A DNA stretch of 64,000 bases from an uncultured Spirochaetota bacterium (GTDB lineage: Bacteria > Spirochaetota > Spirochaetia > SZUA-6 > Fen-1364): positions 401,875 through 465,874 of the forward strand of contig CAWJSK010000015.1 in the NCBI GenBank assembly GCA_963845535.1, written 5' to 3'. The position numbers and the translations under genes are program-made. Positions 1-11,973 of the stretch are shown here, in pieces; within the stretch, counting starts at the first letter, position 1, and the number at the start of each line of letters is the position of its first letter. The notes under the pieces are model-generated. The model saw nothing but the letters and a program-made list of their open reading frames with translations, had not been told where the DNA came from and searched no databases.

Positions 1-695
1 GGCTTCCGATCCCGCTCGTCTTCGATGCGTACGACTACGTGATCAAGAACACGATGATTGTCCGCTGGTACTTCAACACGATCCTGGACTCGGTTGCCAT
101 CACGGCCGCCGTCATCTTCCTGACCATGATGTGCGCGTACGCCCTGTCCCAGATCAAGTTCCCGGGAAATCACTTCGTGTTCATCGCCGTCCTCGCCGGC
201 TTCATGATTCCGTGGACAACAAACGTGGTCCCGCTCTTCATGTTCATGAACAAGCTGCGGCTTGTGAACAGTTATTGGGGCGTCATACTGCCGCAGATCG
301 CCTCACCGCCGGCAATCGTGGCAGCGGTGACGTACAAGCGCTTTTTCGACCAGATGCCCCTGGAGCTTTCCGACGCGGCGCACATGGACGGGGCGAGCGA
401 GATGCGCATCCTCTTTCGTCTTTTCCTCCCCTTGAACGGGGGAATCTCCTGGGCGCTCGCCATACTGACGTTCATCTATGCCTGGAACAACTTCTTCTGG
501 CCGTTCATCGTCATCAACTCCACGCCCATGATGACGATCCCCATCGGCATAACCCAGGTGCAGTCCTGGTACGGCATCGCTTACTCACGACAAATGGCTT
601 CCGCTGTGCTGGCCGCCATTCCCACGGTTGTCCTGTACCTTGCGTTCCAGCGCCGCGTGGCGGAAGGAGTGGCTATCACCTCCGGAATCAAGTAG
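1..695 (+). CDS. Carbohydrate ABC transporter permease (MalG-like), 5' end outside window
   Basis: Frame is open back to the window edge; TM helices; EAA-like motif ELSDAAHMDGAS; WNNFFWP motif. Confidence 0.9.
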   Translation, partial: LPIPLVFDAYDYVIKNTMIVRWYFNTILDSVAITAAVIFLTMMCAYALSQIKFPGNHFVFIAVLAGFMIPWTTNVVPLFMFMNKLRLVNSYWGVILPQIASPPAIVAAVTYKRFFDQMPLELSDAAHMDGASEMRILFRLFLPLNGGISWALAILTFIYAWNNFFWPFIVINSTPMMTIPIGITQVQSWYGIAYSRQMASAVLAAIPTVVLYLAFQRRVAEGVAITSGIK

Positions 696-2223
<1,528 letters not shown>

Positions 2224-2227
<4 letters not shown>

Positions 2228-4149
2228 GCGACCTCCGGGCCTCCGTGAAGGGAGGCTTCTGGGGGAAATACCGCGAGATGATCCGGGAGAAGACCATCCC
2301 GTACCAGTGGATGGCCCTGAACGACGAAATCCCGGGCGCTCCCCGAAGCCATTCTCTGGAGAACTTCCGCATCGCCGCGGGGAGAAGCGGGGGCCAGTAT
2401 GACGGCATGGTCTTTCAGGACAGCGACCTGTACAAATGGCTCGAGGCGGCGGGCCACCTCCTTCGGGATGAAGCCCCCGGGAACGACACCATACGGCGGT
2501 GGGCGGAGCAGGCAATCGAGCTCATTGCAGCGGCACAGCAGCCGGACGGCTACGTCAATACGTACTTCACGGTAAAGGACCCCGCGCACAGATGGAAGAA
2601 CTTGAGGGAGGCGCACGAGCTGTATTGCGCCGGGCACCTGATCGAGGCTGCCGTGGCGGTTGCCGGCGGCTCGGGGAACCGGACCATCCTCGAGGTGGCG
2701 CGCAGGCTCGCGGACCACATCGACTCGCGCTTCGGGACGGACAGCGGCAAGACGCGCGGGTACTGCGGCCACGAGGAGGTGGAGCTGGCCCTCGTGAAGC
2801 TCTACCGTCTCACCGGGGAGAGGCGTTACCTGGAGCTGGCGCGGTATTTCATCGAAGAGCGCGGTCGGACGCCGAACTACTTCGAACAGGAGTCGAAGTC
2901 TCCTGATTTCGTTCCGATTTTCGGGCTGCATGACCTGGACTATCTCCAGGCGCGGGTGCCTCCGCGGCAATTGACGGAAGCAAGCGGACATGCCGTGCGC
3001 GCCATGTACTTGAGCGTGGCAATGGCGGACATCGCCCTGGAAACCCAGGACCGGGAGCTTGGCCTCGCGTGCGACAGGCTGTGGGAGAGCGCAACCACCC
3101 GAAGGATGTACGTCACCGGAGGCATCGGCGCTTCAGCCCGCAATGAGGCGTTCGGCGCGGACTTCGATCTTCCCAACGACACGGCCTACGCGGAGACGTG
3201 CGCGGCAATCGGGCTTTTCCTGTTCGGCTCCCGGATGGCCCGCCTGCGCCATGACGCCGGGTACGCGGAGGTCATGGAGCGGGCGCTGTATAACGGGATC
3301 TTGAGCGGCCTTGGGCTCGACGGGCAAAGCTATTTCTACGTGAATCCGCTGTCGGTGCGCCCGGATGCCGCAGAGAAGAACCCCAGTCGCCACTTCGTGA
3401 AATACCGCCGCCAGCCGTGGTACGGCTGCGCCTGCTGTCCGCCGAACATCGCCCGGCTCCTCGCGTCTTTGGGGGAATACGTCTGCCATCTTGGCGACGG
3501 CGCGCTCTATGTCGATCTTTTCCATGATGGCAGCGTCTCCTGCACAGTGGACGGTCATGCGGTGGCGTTCCGCCAGCAGACAGAGTACCCCTGGTCGGAG
3601 GAAGTTGCCCTCGAGTTTACGGCGGACGCATCCGTGGAGCTTGACCTGGCCATCCGCATACCCGCCTGGTGCCGCACGCCATCGCTTCGGCTCAACGGGG
3701 CCAAGGTCGATCTCCGACGCGCAATGGAAAAGGGATACGCGCACGTCCCGAGGCGCTGGAGTCGGGGAGACCAGGTGCGGCTTACCCTCCCCATGCCCGC
3801 GGAGCGCGTCCACGCGGACCCCCGGGTCGAAGCCGCGTACGGCAAGGTGGCGGTGCAGAGAGGCCCCGTGGTCTATTGCCTTGAGGAGGCTGATAACGGA
3901 CCGTTCCTGCACACGGCCGTTCTTCCCCCCGGAGTACGCCTGGACTCGACGCTCCGTAGTGACATCCTCGGAGGCGTTGTCGTGGTGACGGGGAGGGGAC
4001 GGGTTTGGGACGGCACGACGCCGCCGGCCGGGCTCTACGGCATGAACGGCGGAGGAACTCCGCTCGCCTCGAAGGATCTGGTCTTCATTCCCTATTACGC
4101 GTGGGCCAACCGGCTGCCAGGTGAGATGACGGTATGGGTGCGGGAATGA
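2224..4149 (+). CDS. GH127 beta-L-arabinofuranosidase family protein
   Basis: HELYCAGH, GHEEVELAL, GHAVRAMY, ETCA and CACCPPN motifs; ATG 2224 overlaps the upstream stop (ATGA). Confidence 0.9.
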
Positions 4150-5003
4150 ACGGCCTCGAGTTGGGGCAGGCCGCTGCTCTCGAGCCCACGGGTTCGCTCT
4201 TCGTTCCCGCGGGCTCCTTGGAGACAAGGACGCTCAGGCTTACCGACTCCTACCTCTTTGTGTTTGTCGCTCGGGGCGACATTGCGGTGGCCTCGGAGAA
4301 GTCCGTCACGGCGCTTTCGGCGCGGGAGGCGACGCTCCTGCACTGTGAGGCGCCGCGGACCATCGTGTTCCACCGCGGGGCAGGCGCCGAGTTTTACGCG
4401 CTGAAGTTCAAGGCTGCTCCCCACGGAGCCAGGGCTGCCGCCCGCCCGCTCACCGTCCCGGCGCGGGGAACGGTTGCCTGCCCCGAAAGGCTCACGGACC
4501 TGCTGCGCCGCTACATGACCGAGCAACGGCGGCGCCGGTCGACGCCGTGGGCGCTGTACAACCTGCTTGTGCTCATTCTCTGCGAGTTCGCCTCCGCGGC
4601 GGGAGGATCCCTCGAGGCCCGGCCCGTCAGCTCGGGGCTCGAGACGATAGCCTCCATGGTGGACGCGCATATCGCAGCCCACTACCGGGAGCCCATCTGC
4701 ACCCACGACATTGCGCGTGAGCTGCGCTACAGCCCCGGCTACCTGGAGAGGGCGTACCGTCGGGAGAGGGGGATCTCCGTGCGGAGCGCCATCCACCTCC
4801 GGCGCATCCGCGAGGCGCGCGCGCAGCTCCTCCTTCAGCGCGAGGTGCGCGTGTCGGAGATAGCAGCCCAGTGCGGCTACGGGGACGCGGCGTACTTCCG
4901 CCGCGTCTTCAAGCGGACCACCAACATGACCCCCGTCCGTTTCCGCACCATCAATTCCGCCAATTCCGCGCGCGCCGCCGGCGGCCTTACGCGGGCGGGA
5001 TGA
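4146..5003 (+). CDS. AraC family transcriptional regulator
   Basis: C-terminal VSEIAAQCGYGDAAYFRRVFKRTTNMTP; ATGA overlap with GH127 stop. Confidence 0.85.
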   Translation: MNGLELGQAAALEPTGSLFVPAGSLETRTLRLTDSYLFVFVARGDIAVASEKSVTALSAREATLLHCEAPRTIVFHRGAGAEFYALKFKAAPHGARAAARPLTVPARGTVACPERLTDLLRRYMTEQRRRRSTPWALYNLLVLILCEFASAAGGSLEARPVSSGLETIASMVDAHIAAHYREPICTHDIARELRYSPGYLERAYRRERGISVRSAIHLRRIREARAQLLLQREVRVSEIAAQCGYGDAAYFRRVFKRTTNMTPVRFRTINSANSARAAGGLTRAG

Positions 5004-5016
5004 GCCGGGAGGCCGC

Positions 5017-5862
5017 GTGAGCGCAACCGACGGGCGGTTTCGGTTCGTCCTTTCCAACGGGATCGAGGCCCTGAATGGAGGGCTTTTCGTGTCCCCCGGT
5101 TTCGGAATCCATCCCACGCGCGTCATAGATTCTCATGAGCTGATCTTCGTGGCACAGGGCAGCCTCGACATGTTCGAAGAGAACGACAACCTTCACGCGG
5201 CTGCCAACCAGGCGCTCCTGCTTTTCCCGGGCCACAGGCACGGAGGACGTCTTCCCTACGCCCCTGACCTCCACTTCTACTGGGTCCATTTCCGCGTTCA
5301 TGAGACCTCCGCGCCCCGCTCCACCATGCGGGTGCCGCGCGTGGCGGACGTCCGCGACCCCGAGCTGCTGACGGAGATGTTCTGCCGTTTCATCTCGGAC
5401 CAGGAGTCGGGAATCCTGGACCCGGTGAGCGCGGCCCACCTCGTGGCCTTGATGCTCGTTGAAGCGAGCGTCCTGGAGCGGGAATGGATGCCTCGGGCAG
5501 CCGCCCGGGCCCGGGAGCAAGCGCCCCTTGCCCATGAGATCCAGGCCTATATCGACAGGAACTTCCGGGAGCCCATCACCACCTCATCCATTGCGCGGGA
5601 CTTCCGCCGCAGCGCCGACTACCTGGAGCGGGTGTTCCGCCGGCATCGCGACACATCCATCCTCGGAGCGGTGCATCTCAAGCGGATTGCCGTTGCGCGG
5701 GTCATGCTGCGCACGGAAGGCCGCAAGAACATCAATGAGATCGCCTTTGCCTGCGGATATTCCGATCCCGGGTATTTCCGCCGGATGTTCAAGCGGCTGA
5801 CCGGCCTCTCCCCGAAAAAGTTCCGCTCCTTGTACAGCCGGATGCACATCAACGCCCACTGA
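5017..5862 (+). CDS. AraC family transcriptional regulator
   Basis: Cupin-like N-terminus (HPTRVIDSHELIFV) and INEIAFACGYSDPGYFRRMFKR HTH. Confidence 0.9.
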   Translation: MSATDGRFRFVLSNGIEALNGGLFVSPGFGIHPTRVIDSHELIFVAQGSLDMFEENDNLHAAANQALLLFPGHRHGGRLPYAPDLHFYWVHFRVHETSAPRSTMRVPRVADVRDPELLTEMFCRFISDQESGILDPVSAAHLVALMLVEASVLEREWMPRAAARAREQAPLAHEIQAYIDRNFREPITTSSIARDFRRSADYLERVFRRHRDTSILGAVHLKRIAVARVMLRTEGRKNINEIAFACGYSDPGYFRRMFKRLTGLSPKKFRSLYSRMHINAH

Positions 5863-5898
5863 TGGTCCTCGGGCGCGCAACGGTGTACAGTCGAGCCC

Positions 5899-7261
5899 GT
5901 GGACCGGAAAAGCGTTGACCACCGAAGTGACCTCGTGACAATTGCCCGGGCGTCCCTGGCCGCGGTGGACCCGCGCGCAATCGTCGCGCGGAGCCTGCGA
6001 GTCGAGGGCAACTTCGTGCGCATCAGCGTCGCCGGCGCCGCTCGTGACTTCGACCTCTCAGGGTTTTCGAATGTTTTCGTTCTGGGCTTCGGAAAAGCAG
6101 ACCGGGCTCATGGCGCAGGCGGCGGAAGACGCGCTGGGGTCTCGAATAACGAAGGGACTGATCGTCGTCAAGCCCGGTCAGGAAGCGCCGCTCCAGAGGA
6201 TTCGACAGGTCTGCGGCGGACACCCGGTGCCGGATGAAAACAGCGTGCGCGCCGCGCGGATGATGGCGGACCTGGCAGGCGAAGCGGATGCTCGAACGCT
6301 CGTCATCACACTGATCTCAGGAGGCGGTTCCTCCCTTCTTGGCTCGCCCCGCGGAGCGGGCGTAACGCTGGCCGACATCCAGGAGACCAACCGGCAACTC
6401 CTGTCATGCGGGGCCGAGATCGCTGAAATCAACTGCATCCGCAAGCACCTCCTCCTGCTTGCCGGCGGCGGGTTGTCACGGCGCATCTGGCCGGCCACGT
6501 CCGCCAACATCGTTCTCTCCGATGTGGTGGGGGACGACCTCCCGACGGTTGCTTCCGGGCCGACCTGCCCTGACGCGACGACATACGGGCAGGCCCTTTC
6601 CATCATTGAACGTTACGGGATCTCCGCGGCTCTTCCGAGCGCGGTCCGTGAGCATCTTCAGGCGGGCAAAGAAGGGAAGATTCCTGAAACCCCGAAGCCG
6701 GGAACCGCGGAGCTCTCCTCCTCTTTCAACTTCCTGGCGGGCACAAACCTGCTTGCGCTGGAAGCCGCCGCTGCAGAGGCGAAGCGCCTCGGGTACAACT
6801 CCCTCGTTCTGACCTCGCGCCTTGCTGGCGAGGCGAGGGAGGCCGCGCGCGTGTTGGCCGCCATTGCCGGGAACGTGGCGGCCTCGGGCGTTCCCTGCCC
6901 CCGTCCCGCGTGCCTGCTGAGCGGCGGTGAAACCACCGTGACCGTTCGGGGCGGCGGGAAGGGCGGGAGGAACCAGGAGCTGGCGCTGGCGTTTCTTCTC
7001 GAGATGGAGAAGGATCCGACCCTGTTTGCTGACGCTTCTCTCCTTTCATTTTCAACCGATGGCGAAGACGGTCCGACCGACGCGGCCGGCGGCTTTGCGT
7101 TTCCTTCGATGGTCGGGGAAGCTTGCGCCGGGCATCTCGACGTTGCCGACGCCCTTCGGCAAAATGATTCCAACACACTCCTTGAGAAGCTCGGCGGCCT
7201 GTTCACAACGGGCCCTACGGGCACGAACGTCTGCGACCTGCAGATCGTATTGATTCGCTGA
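5899..7261 (+). CDS. Type-2 glycerate kinase (DUF4147/MOFRL), apparent frameshift near 6100
   Basis: GFGKA in one frame; GHPVPD, LISGGGSS, SDVVGD, GGETTV, GGRNQE and TGPTGTNVCD in the other. Confidence 0.85.
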
Positions 7262-7299
7262 CCGCCCAAGGAAACCGCAAAGCCGCGAGGAGCGACCCC

Positions 7300-8505
7300 C
7301 TAAAAGACCTGGAAGGTGTTCTTTCCCTCCGCCTTTGCGCGGTACATGGCGAGGTCGGCGTTCTGGATGAGGACGTCGGGATCCGCGGTGTCCTCCGCAA
7401 GCATCGAGATGCCAATGCTGGAGGTGACCCGTACCTCGTTCTGTCCAACCGTCACCGGCTGCGAAATCCGATCCAGGAGCTTCCGCGCAATGGGGCCAAC
7501 CGACTCGGTGTCCTGAAGGCTTCCGAGGATGACCGTGAACTCATCCCCGCCCAGCCGGGCCACGACGTCCGTCTCCCGCACGGTACATCGTATTCTTTTT
7601 CCGATCTCCTGCAGGAGCTGGTCACCGGCCTGATGACCAAAGGTGTCGTTCACTTCCTTGAAGGAGTCCAGGTCGATGAACATCACCCCGACCCCCTCGT
7701 TCCTCCGCCGTGCGCTCTTGAGCGCGCGCCCGAGAAGGTCATGGAATTGGCGACGGTTTGCGAGCCCGGTCAGGCTGTCGAAATGAGCCATGTGGTAGAG
7801 CTGCTCATCCGATTTCTTCATGGGCGTGATGTCGGAGAAGATGGCCACGAACCTGCGGATCTCTCCACGTTCGTCCGCCACCGGGCTGACGGACAGCCAC
7901 TTCGGATAGACGGTCCCGTTTTTCCTGCGGTCCCACACCTCGCCGCGCCAGCTCCCGCGGATCCTCACGATTTCCCAGATTCCCTCGTAGAAACCGGTTT
8001 CCTGCGGGCCCGTGTGGAGGCTCATCACCGGTTCCCCCAGGACCTCCTCCCGACCGTAGCCCGTGATTGCGGAGAAAGCCCTGTTGATCTCGATGATGCG
8101 GAAGTCTGTGTCGGTGATCATGATCCCTTCGGTGGTGTTGTCGATGACCTGTGCGTTCAACCGGAGCTTCTCTTCCACGTGCCGCCGTCTCGTCACGTCC
8201 ATCCCGTACACGTTGATGCATCCGCTTCCGCCATCGATGGCGACGATGTGGAGAAGCAGCGTCTTGACGCCAATGGTGATCTCCACCTCTTTCTCCCGCC
8301 GGCTTTCGAGGACGTGCTGAATGATGTCCTTCCATTCCAGGGGTATGATGTCACCGATCTTTGTCTTCCAATACTCCATGAGCAGCCAGCTTCCCTTGTT
8401 CGCATACAGGAGCTTCCCGTCATGGGAGACGCAGAGGACAGGATTAGGGTTCTCCTCGAGGACCATCTGCATGAATTGGACGTGCTCGTCCTGCTCATTC
8501 TCCAT
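7300..8505 (-). CDS. PAS/PAC diguanylate cyclase
   Basis: Two PAS-like segments, HFDSLTGLANR, RETD I-site followed by GGDEF; start taken at MENEQ. Confidence 0.9.
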   Translation of the reverse strand: MENEQDEHVQFMQMVLEENPNPVLCVSHDGKLLYANKGSWLLMEYWKTKIGDIIPLEWKDIIQHVLESRREKEVEITIGVKTLLLHIVAIDGGSGCINVYGMDVTRRRHVEEKLRLNAQVIDNTTEGIMITDTDFRIIEINRAFSAITGYGREEVLGEPVMSLHTGPQETGFYEGIWEIVRIRGSWRGEVWDRRKNGTVYPKWLSVSPVADERGEIRRFVAIFSDITPMKKSDEQLYHMAHFDSLTGLANRRQFHDLLGRALKSARRRNEGVGVMFIDLDSFKEVNDTFGHQAGDQLLQEIGKRIRCTVRETDVVARLGGDEFTVILGSLQDTESVGPIARKLLDRISQPVTVGQNEVRVTSSIGISMLAEDTADPDVLIQNADLAMYRAKAEGKNTFQVF

Positions 8506-8813
8506 TGGGTATTTTTCTCCCCGAGGGAATAATAACGGCTTTGACAGAATGCAGGGAATATATATACCGAAAAATGACTGAATATTTACAACGTAACTTA
8601 AGCAAAAATGACAATTCTCTACAATTCTGGAGGCCCTGCCCGAGAGGGCCTTGCCGACGCAGATCCACCCCTTCGACCCGCTCGTTCCCGCGGATGCGTG
8701 AGACGACGTGGCGGAGGTAGAGAGGAATGGCGGAGGCGCACGCCGTTCTTGCACGCCGACTCCACGCGGTTACGCTTGACTCCTCCAGCCCGGGAGCAGC
8801 ATTTTTGCACATT

Positions 8814-9209
8814 ATGGAAGATATTGGGAAACTCATCCTCCGCCTGACCACCGCGGGACTGATCCTGTTCCACGGGACAGCCAAGATCATTCACGGGGTC
8901 TCGTTCATCGGCGGGGCGCTTGCCTCGCACGGCGTTCCGTCTTTCATTGCCTACCTTGTGTACGCCGGCGAGGTCATTGCCCCGCTGTTCATCATCGTCG
9001 GCCTCTGGACGAGGGTCGCCTCCCTGGTGGTGATCATCAACATGATCGTGGCAATTGCGCTGGAAGCCTACCGGAATACCCTGGTGATCCGGCAGACCGG
9101 TGCCTGGGGGCTGGAGACGGAAGCGTTCTATCTGCTGACGGCTCTCGTCATTTTCCTTATTGGCGCCGGGAAATACAGCGTGATGCAGGAAAAAGGCTCC
9201 CTGATGTAG
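8814..9209 (+). CDS. DoxX family membrane protein
   Basis: GKLILRL...LFHGTAKI...GLWTRVA...GAGKYS pattern. Confidence 0.85.
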   Translation: MEDIGKLILRLTTAGLILFHGTAKIIHGVSFIGGALASHGVPSFIAYLVYAGEVIAPLFIIVGLWTRVASLVVIINMIVAIALEAYRNTLVIRQTGAWGLETEAFYLLTALVIFLIGAGKYSVMQEKGSLM

Positions 9210-9223
9210 ATCGCGCCCCGGGC

Positions 9224-10789
9224 TCACACGAACTGCGCCGAGGTCTGCCGATATTGCTCGGGGTCGAGGAGATGCTCCATGAGCTTCATCCTCTGGCGTA
9301 CGTCGTCTTCGAGCTTCGTCTCCTTGCCGACGAACATGACGATGAAGTCATCCTGAAAAAGCATCCCGGTGGTGAAGCAGACGGTGGCCGCGGCGCTGAG
9401 GGCTTCGGCAACCGTCTTGCCCGCCAGGGAAGTTCCCGCCCGGAAGCGTTCATTCTCATGAGGGAGGGAAAATGCCTTGCCGCGAAGAACGATGGGCTGA
9501 AGCGCCTCGATGGTTTCCGCCGCCTGGCCCGCGGGGAGCTTGCTGGGGCTCACTCGCAAGGACAGCACCTTCGATATCGTCTGGCCGACATCCACGAGGC
9601 ATCCGACGCTCTCACCAATGAGGTCCGTCACCTCTCCCTCGTTCCCCGCGGCTTCGAGCCTCGCGCTTTTCAGGTGCAGATAGCGGTGGAGGGGGAATCG
9701 GGTGAGGTGAAATACGTCTTTTTCCAGTTTTCCCGCCAGAGTTCGAAGCCGTGTGAGCTCCAGCTCGAAGAACGAGCGCGCGAAGACGGTGGCCCTTCCC
9801 TCCGAGAGCAGGCATGATCCTCCCAAGAGCGGGGAAAAGGTCCGGTCGAAGCCGCGGATGAGCCGCGAGAGGAAAGGCACGAGGTTTTCCTGGTCCGCGT
9901 CGAAGTCAAGCGGCTCGCGCGACTCTCCCGCCTTGTAGATCTCCCAAAGCGCCGCAGCCACGGGCCGTGCCTGATCATCCACGGCGATATACCGATTGAC
10001 CCGGCGCGCCTCCTGCAGCTGGCCATGCAGCTCCTTCATCGAGGAAAGGGCGTCGGAAAGGTACGCTTCAATACGCTCCTGCACGCGGGGCTCGCAGTCG
10101 AAGCCGATAATGTCCACCGTCTCCCCGAGCCCCTGCCGCATGAGGTCGTGGAGAGAGAGGAACCGGCGGTGCTTGAAGATGTTGAAGCCGATCAGGCAGT
10201 TGTGCAGCGAGGGCAGCGTGCAGTCCTCCGTCAGGAGACGGATGACCAGCGCGTGCGACGAATCCACCTCTCCTTGTCCTTCCTGTTGCTTCTCATGGTG
10301 GGCGCGCAGCGCGGAGAGGATCACGCCAAGGTTCTCCGGGTCCTGCTGCAGCAGCAGAAAGAGGCTCTCGATGCGCCGGAGCCTGTCGATAAGGTTCCTG
10401 TCCCGCAGGTTGAGCCGCGCGAAATCAAAGGCCTGAAGCCGGCTGCACAGTTTCGACAGGAGCGCAATGAGATTGTACTGCCGGGGGGTCAGGTAGAGCC
10501 AGCCGTTTTCCAGCACGGGGGCAAGGCGGGAGGAAAGCTCCACTGCCCAGGGTTGGACCTGCCGGGACAGGAACGCCGTGAGCTGCGCGTCGAGAGTCAT
10601 CCCCGGAGGCCAGAGACCCGCGGCAAGGACGTGGGTGCGGGAGCCGAACTCCCTCACCTTTCCGCGTTCCCGCAGGAGGTATGCCACGTAGGACCGTGTC
10701 TCGATTGCAGGCTTGATTGCGCGGCTCACGCGGCTCACGTGGGTTCGGGCCGCGAGGTATCTTCCCTCCGATGAGCCGCTGTCACTCAC
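9224..10789 (-). CDS. Hypothetical protein (521 aa, mostly helical)
   Basis: Long ORF with normal composition; no motif recognised. Confidence 0.7.
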   Translation of the reverse strand: MSDSGSSEGRYLAARTHVSRVSRAIKPAIETRSYVAYLLRERGKVREFGSRTHVLAAGLWPPGMTLDAQLTAFLSRQVQPWAVELSSRLAPVLENGWLYLTPRQYNLIALLSKLCSRLQAFDFARLNLRDRNLIDRLRRIESLFLLLQQDPENLGVILSALRAHHEKQQEGQGEVDSSHALVIRLLTEDCTLPSLHNCLIGFNIFKHRRFLSLHDLMRQGLGETVDIIGFDCEPRVQERIEAYLSDALSSMKELHGQLQEARRVNRYIAVDDQARPVAAALWEIYKAGESREPLDFDADQENLVPFLSRLIRGFDRTFSPLLGGSCLLSEGRATVFARSFFELELTRLRTLAGKLEKDVFHLTRFPLHRYLHLKSARLEAAGNEGEVTDLIGESVGCLVDVGQTISKVLSLRVSPSKLPAGQAAETIEALQPIVLRGKAFSLPHENERFRAGTSLAGKTVAEALSAAATVCFTTGMLFQDDFIVMFVGKETKLEDDVRQRMKLMEHLLDPEQYRQTSAQFV

Positions 10790-10820
10790 GTGTGTCAGCC
10801 CGCGTCCGGCCCGCGCCTGT

Positions 10821-10976
10821 CTACGGCTTCAGGTCGGGATTGCCCGGGCCGAAGTGCTTCGCCGCGTTTTCCGTCACGCCGGGAATGCAGAATGACCGAG
10901 GCACCCAGTTCGGAGCCAGCCGCAGGATGCCTTTGCTTTGCTCGAGAGCTTTTTGAACTGTCGATGTGACCGACAT
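10821..10976 (-). pseudogene. 51-aa remnant of a conserved ~400-aa sugar-cluster protein, internally deleted
   Basis: RBS plus ATG; LRLAPNWVPRSFCIPG is joined directly to VTENAA and KHFGPGNPDL, which I recall as C-terminal motifs of the same family. Confidence 0.6.
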
Positions 10977-11001
10977 GGCGTCCCCCCTGTCGGAGCTTAC
11001 A

Positions 11002-11970
11002 CTACTGGAAAGCCCGGCGCGCGTCCAGTTGCGCAAGGAACTCCCGTACCGTTTTTGCGATTGATGGTCCGGTGATTCCATAGTGGGCGAACAGCTCCGC
11101 GGAGCTGCCCGCGGGGACGAACTCGTCAGGGAACGCGATCATCTTCATGGGAACGGGCCGGCTCTGGACAACGATCTCCGCCACGGCCGCCCCCAACCCG
11201 CCGTGGATGCCGTGCTCCTCAACGGTGACGATGCTTCCGGTCTCTTTCGCCGCCGCAACCACCGCCTCGGAGTCGATTGGTTTCAACGTGGGCATGTCGA
11301 GGAGCCGCGCTTTCACCCCAGCGCGCGCAAGCTCGTCCGCTGCTTTCAGCGCGTGGAAGACAGCCTCCCCGGCGGCAATGATCGTGCAGTCTCTTCCTTC
11401 GCGGAGCAGACCGGCTTTCCCGAAAGCAAAGCAGGCAGAGCCGTCCGCATAAACGTCCGGAACCGGGGTGCGTCCGACCCTCATATAGGCGGGTCCGTCA
11501 TGCACGGCAAGGAACCGTGTGACCTCCCTTGTCTGCGCGTTGTCACACGGGAGGAGCACGGTGAGGTTCGGGATGGCCCGCATGAACGCAATGTCATGGA
11601 GGGAATGATGCGTGCTCCCCAGCGCGCCGTAGCTCACTCCGCCGCTCACGCCAATGATCTTCACGTTGGAGTTGGCGTAGGCAACGTCATTCTTGACCTG
11701 TTCGATGGCCCGGGCCGAATAGAAAGAAGCGGGGCCGCACACGAACGGGCGTTTGCCGCTACGCGCCAGCCCGGCTGAAACGCCAACGGTGTTCTGCTCC
11801 GCGATCCCCAGCTCGAGGAACTGCCGCGGCAGGCTCTTTTCAAAATCCCCCAGCGTCACGGAGCCCTTTGCGTCGGAGGTCACGGCCATGATGCGCGCGT
11901 CCTTGCGCGCCATCTCCAGCAGCGTTTCCGTGAAGGCGTGCCTGCAGCTTTTTCCCGGCGCACTCGACAT
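11002..11970 (-). CDS. Transketolase C-terminal (pyrimidine-binding) subunit
   Basis: GIAEQN, GSTHHS, TVEEH...GGLG motifs. Confidence 0.9.
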   Translation of the reverse strand: MSSAPGKSCRHAFTETLLEMARKDARIMAVTSDAKGSVTLGDFEKSLPRQFLELGIAEQNTVGVSAGLARSGKRPFVCGPASFYSARAIEQVKNDVAYANSNVKIIGVSGGVSYGALGSTHHSLHDIAFMRAIPNLTVLLPCDNAQTREVTRFLAVHDGPAYMRVGRTPVPDVYADGSACFAFGKAGLLREGRDCTIIAAGEAVFHALKAADELARAGVKARLLDMPTLKPIDSEAVVAAAKETGSIVTVEEHGIHGGLGAAVAEIVVQSRPVPMKMIAFPDEFVPAGSSAELFAHYGITGPSIAKTVREFLAQLDARRAFQ

Positions 11971-11973
11971 GGC

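Noticed and set aside
7300..8505. Truncated GGDEF-EAL protein
   Set aside because: Clean stop after a complete GGDEF domain and no EAL remnant before the convergent gene
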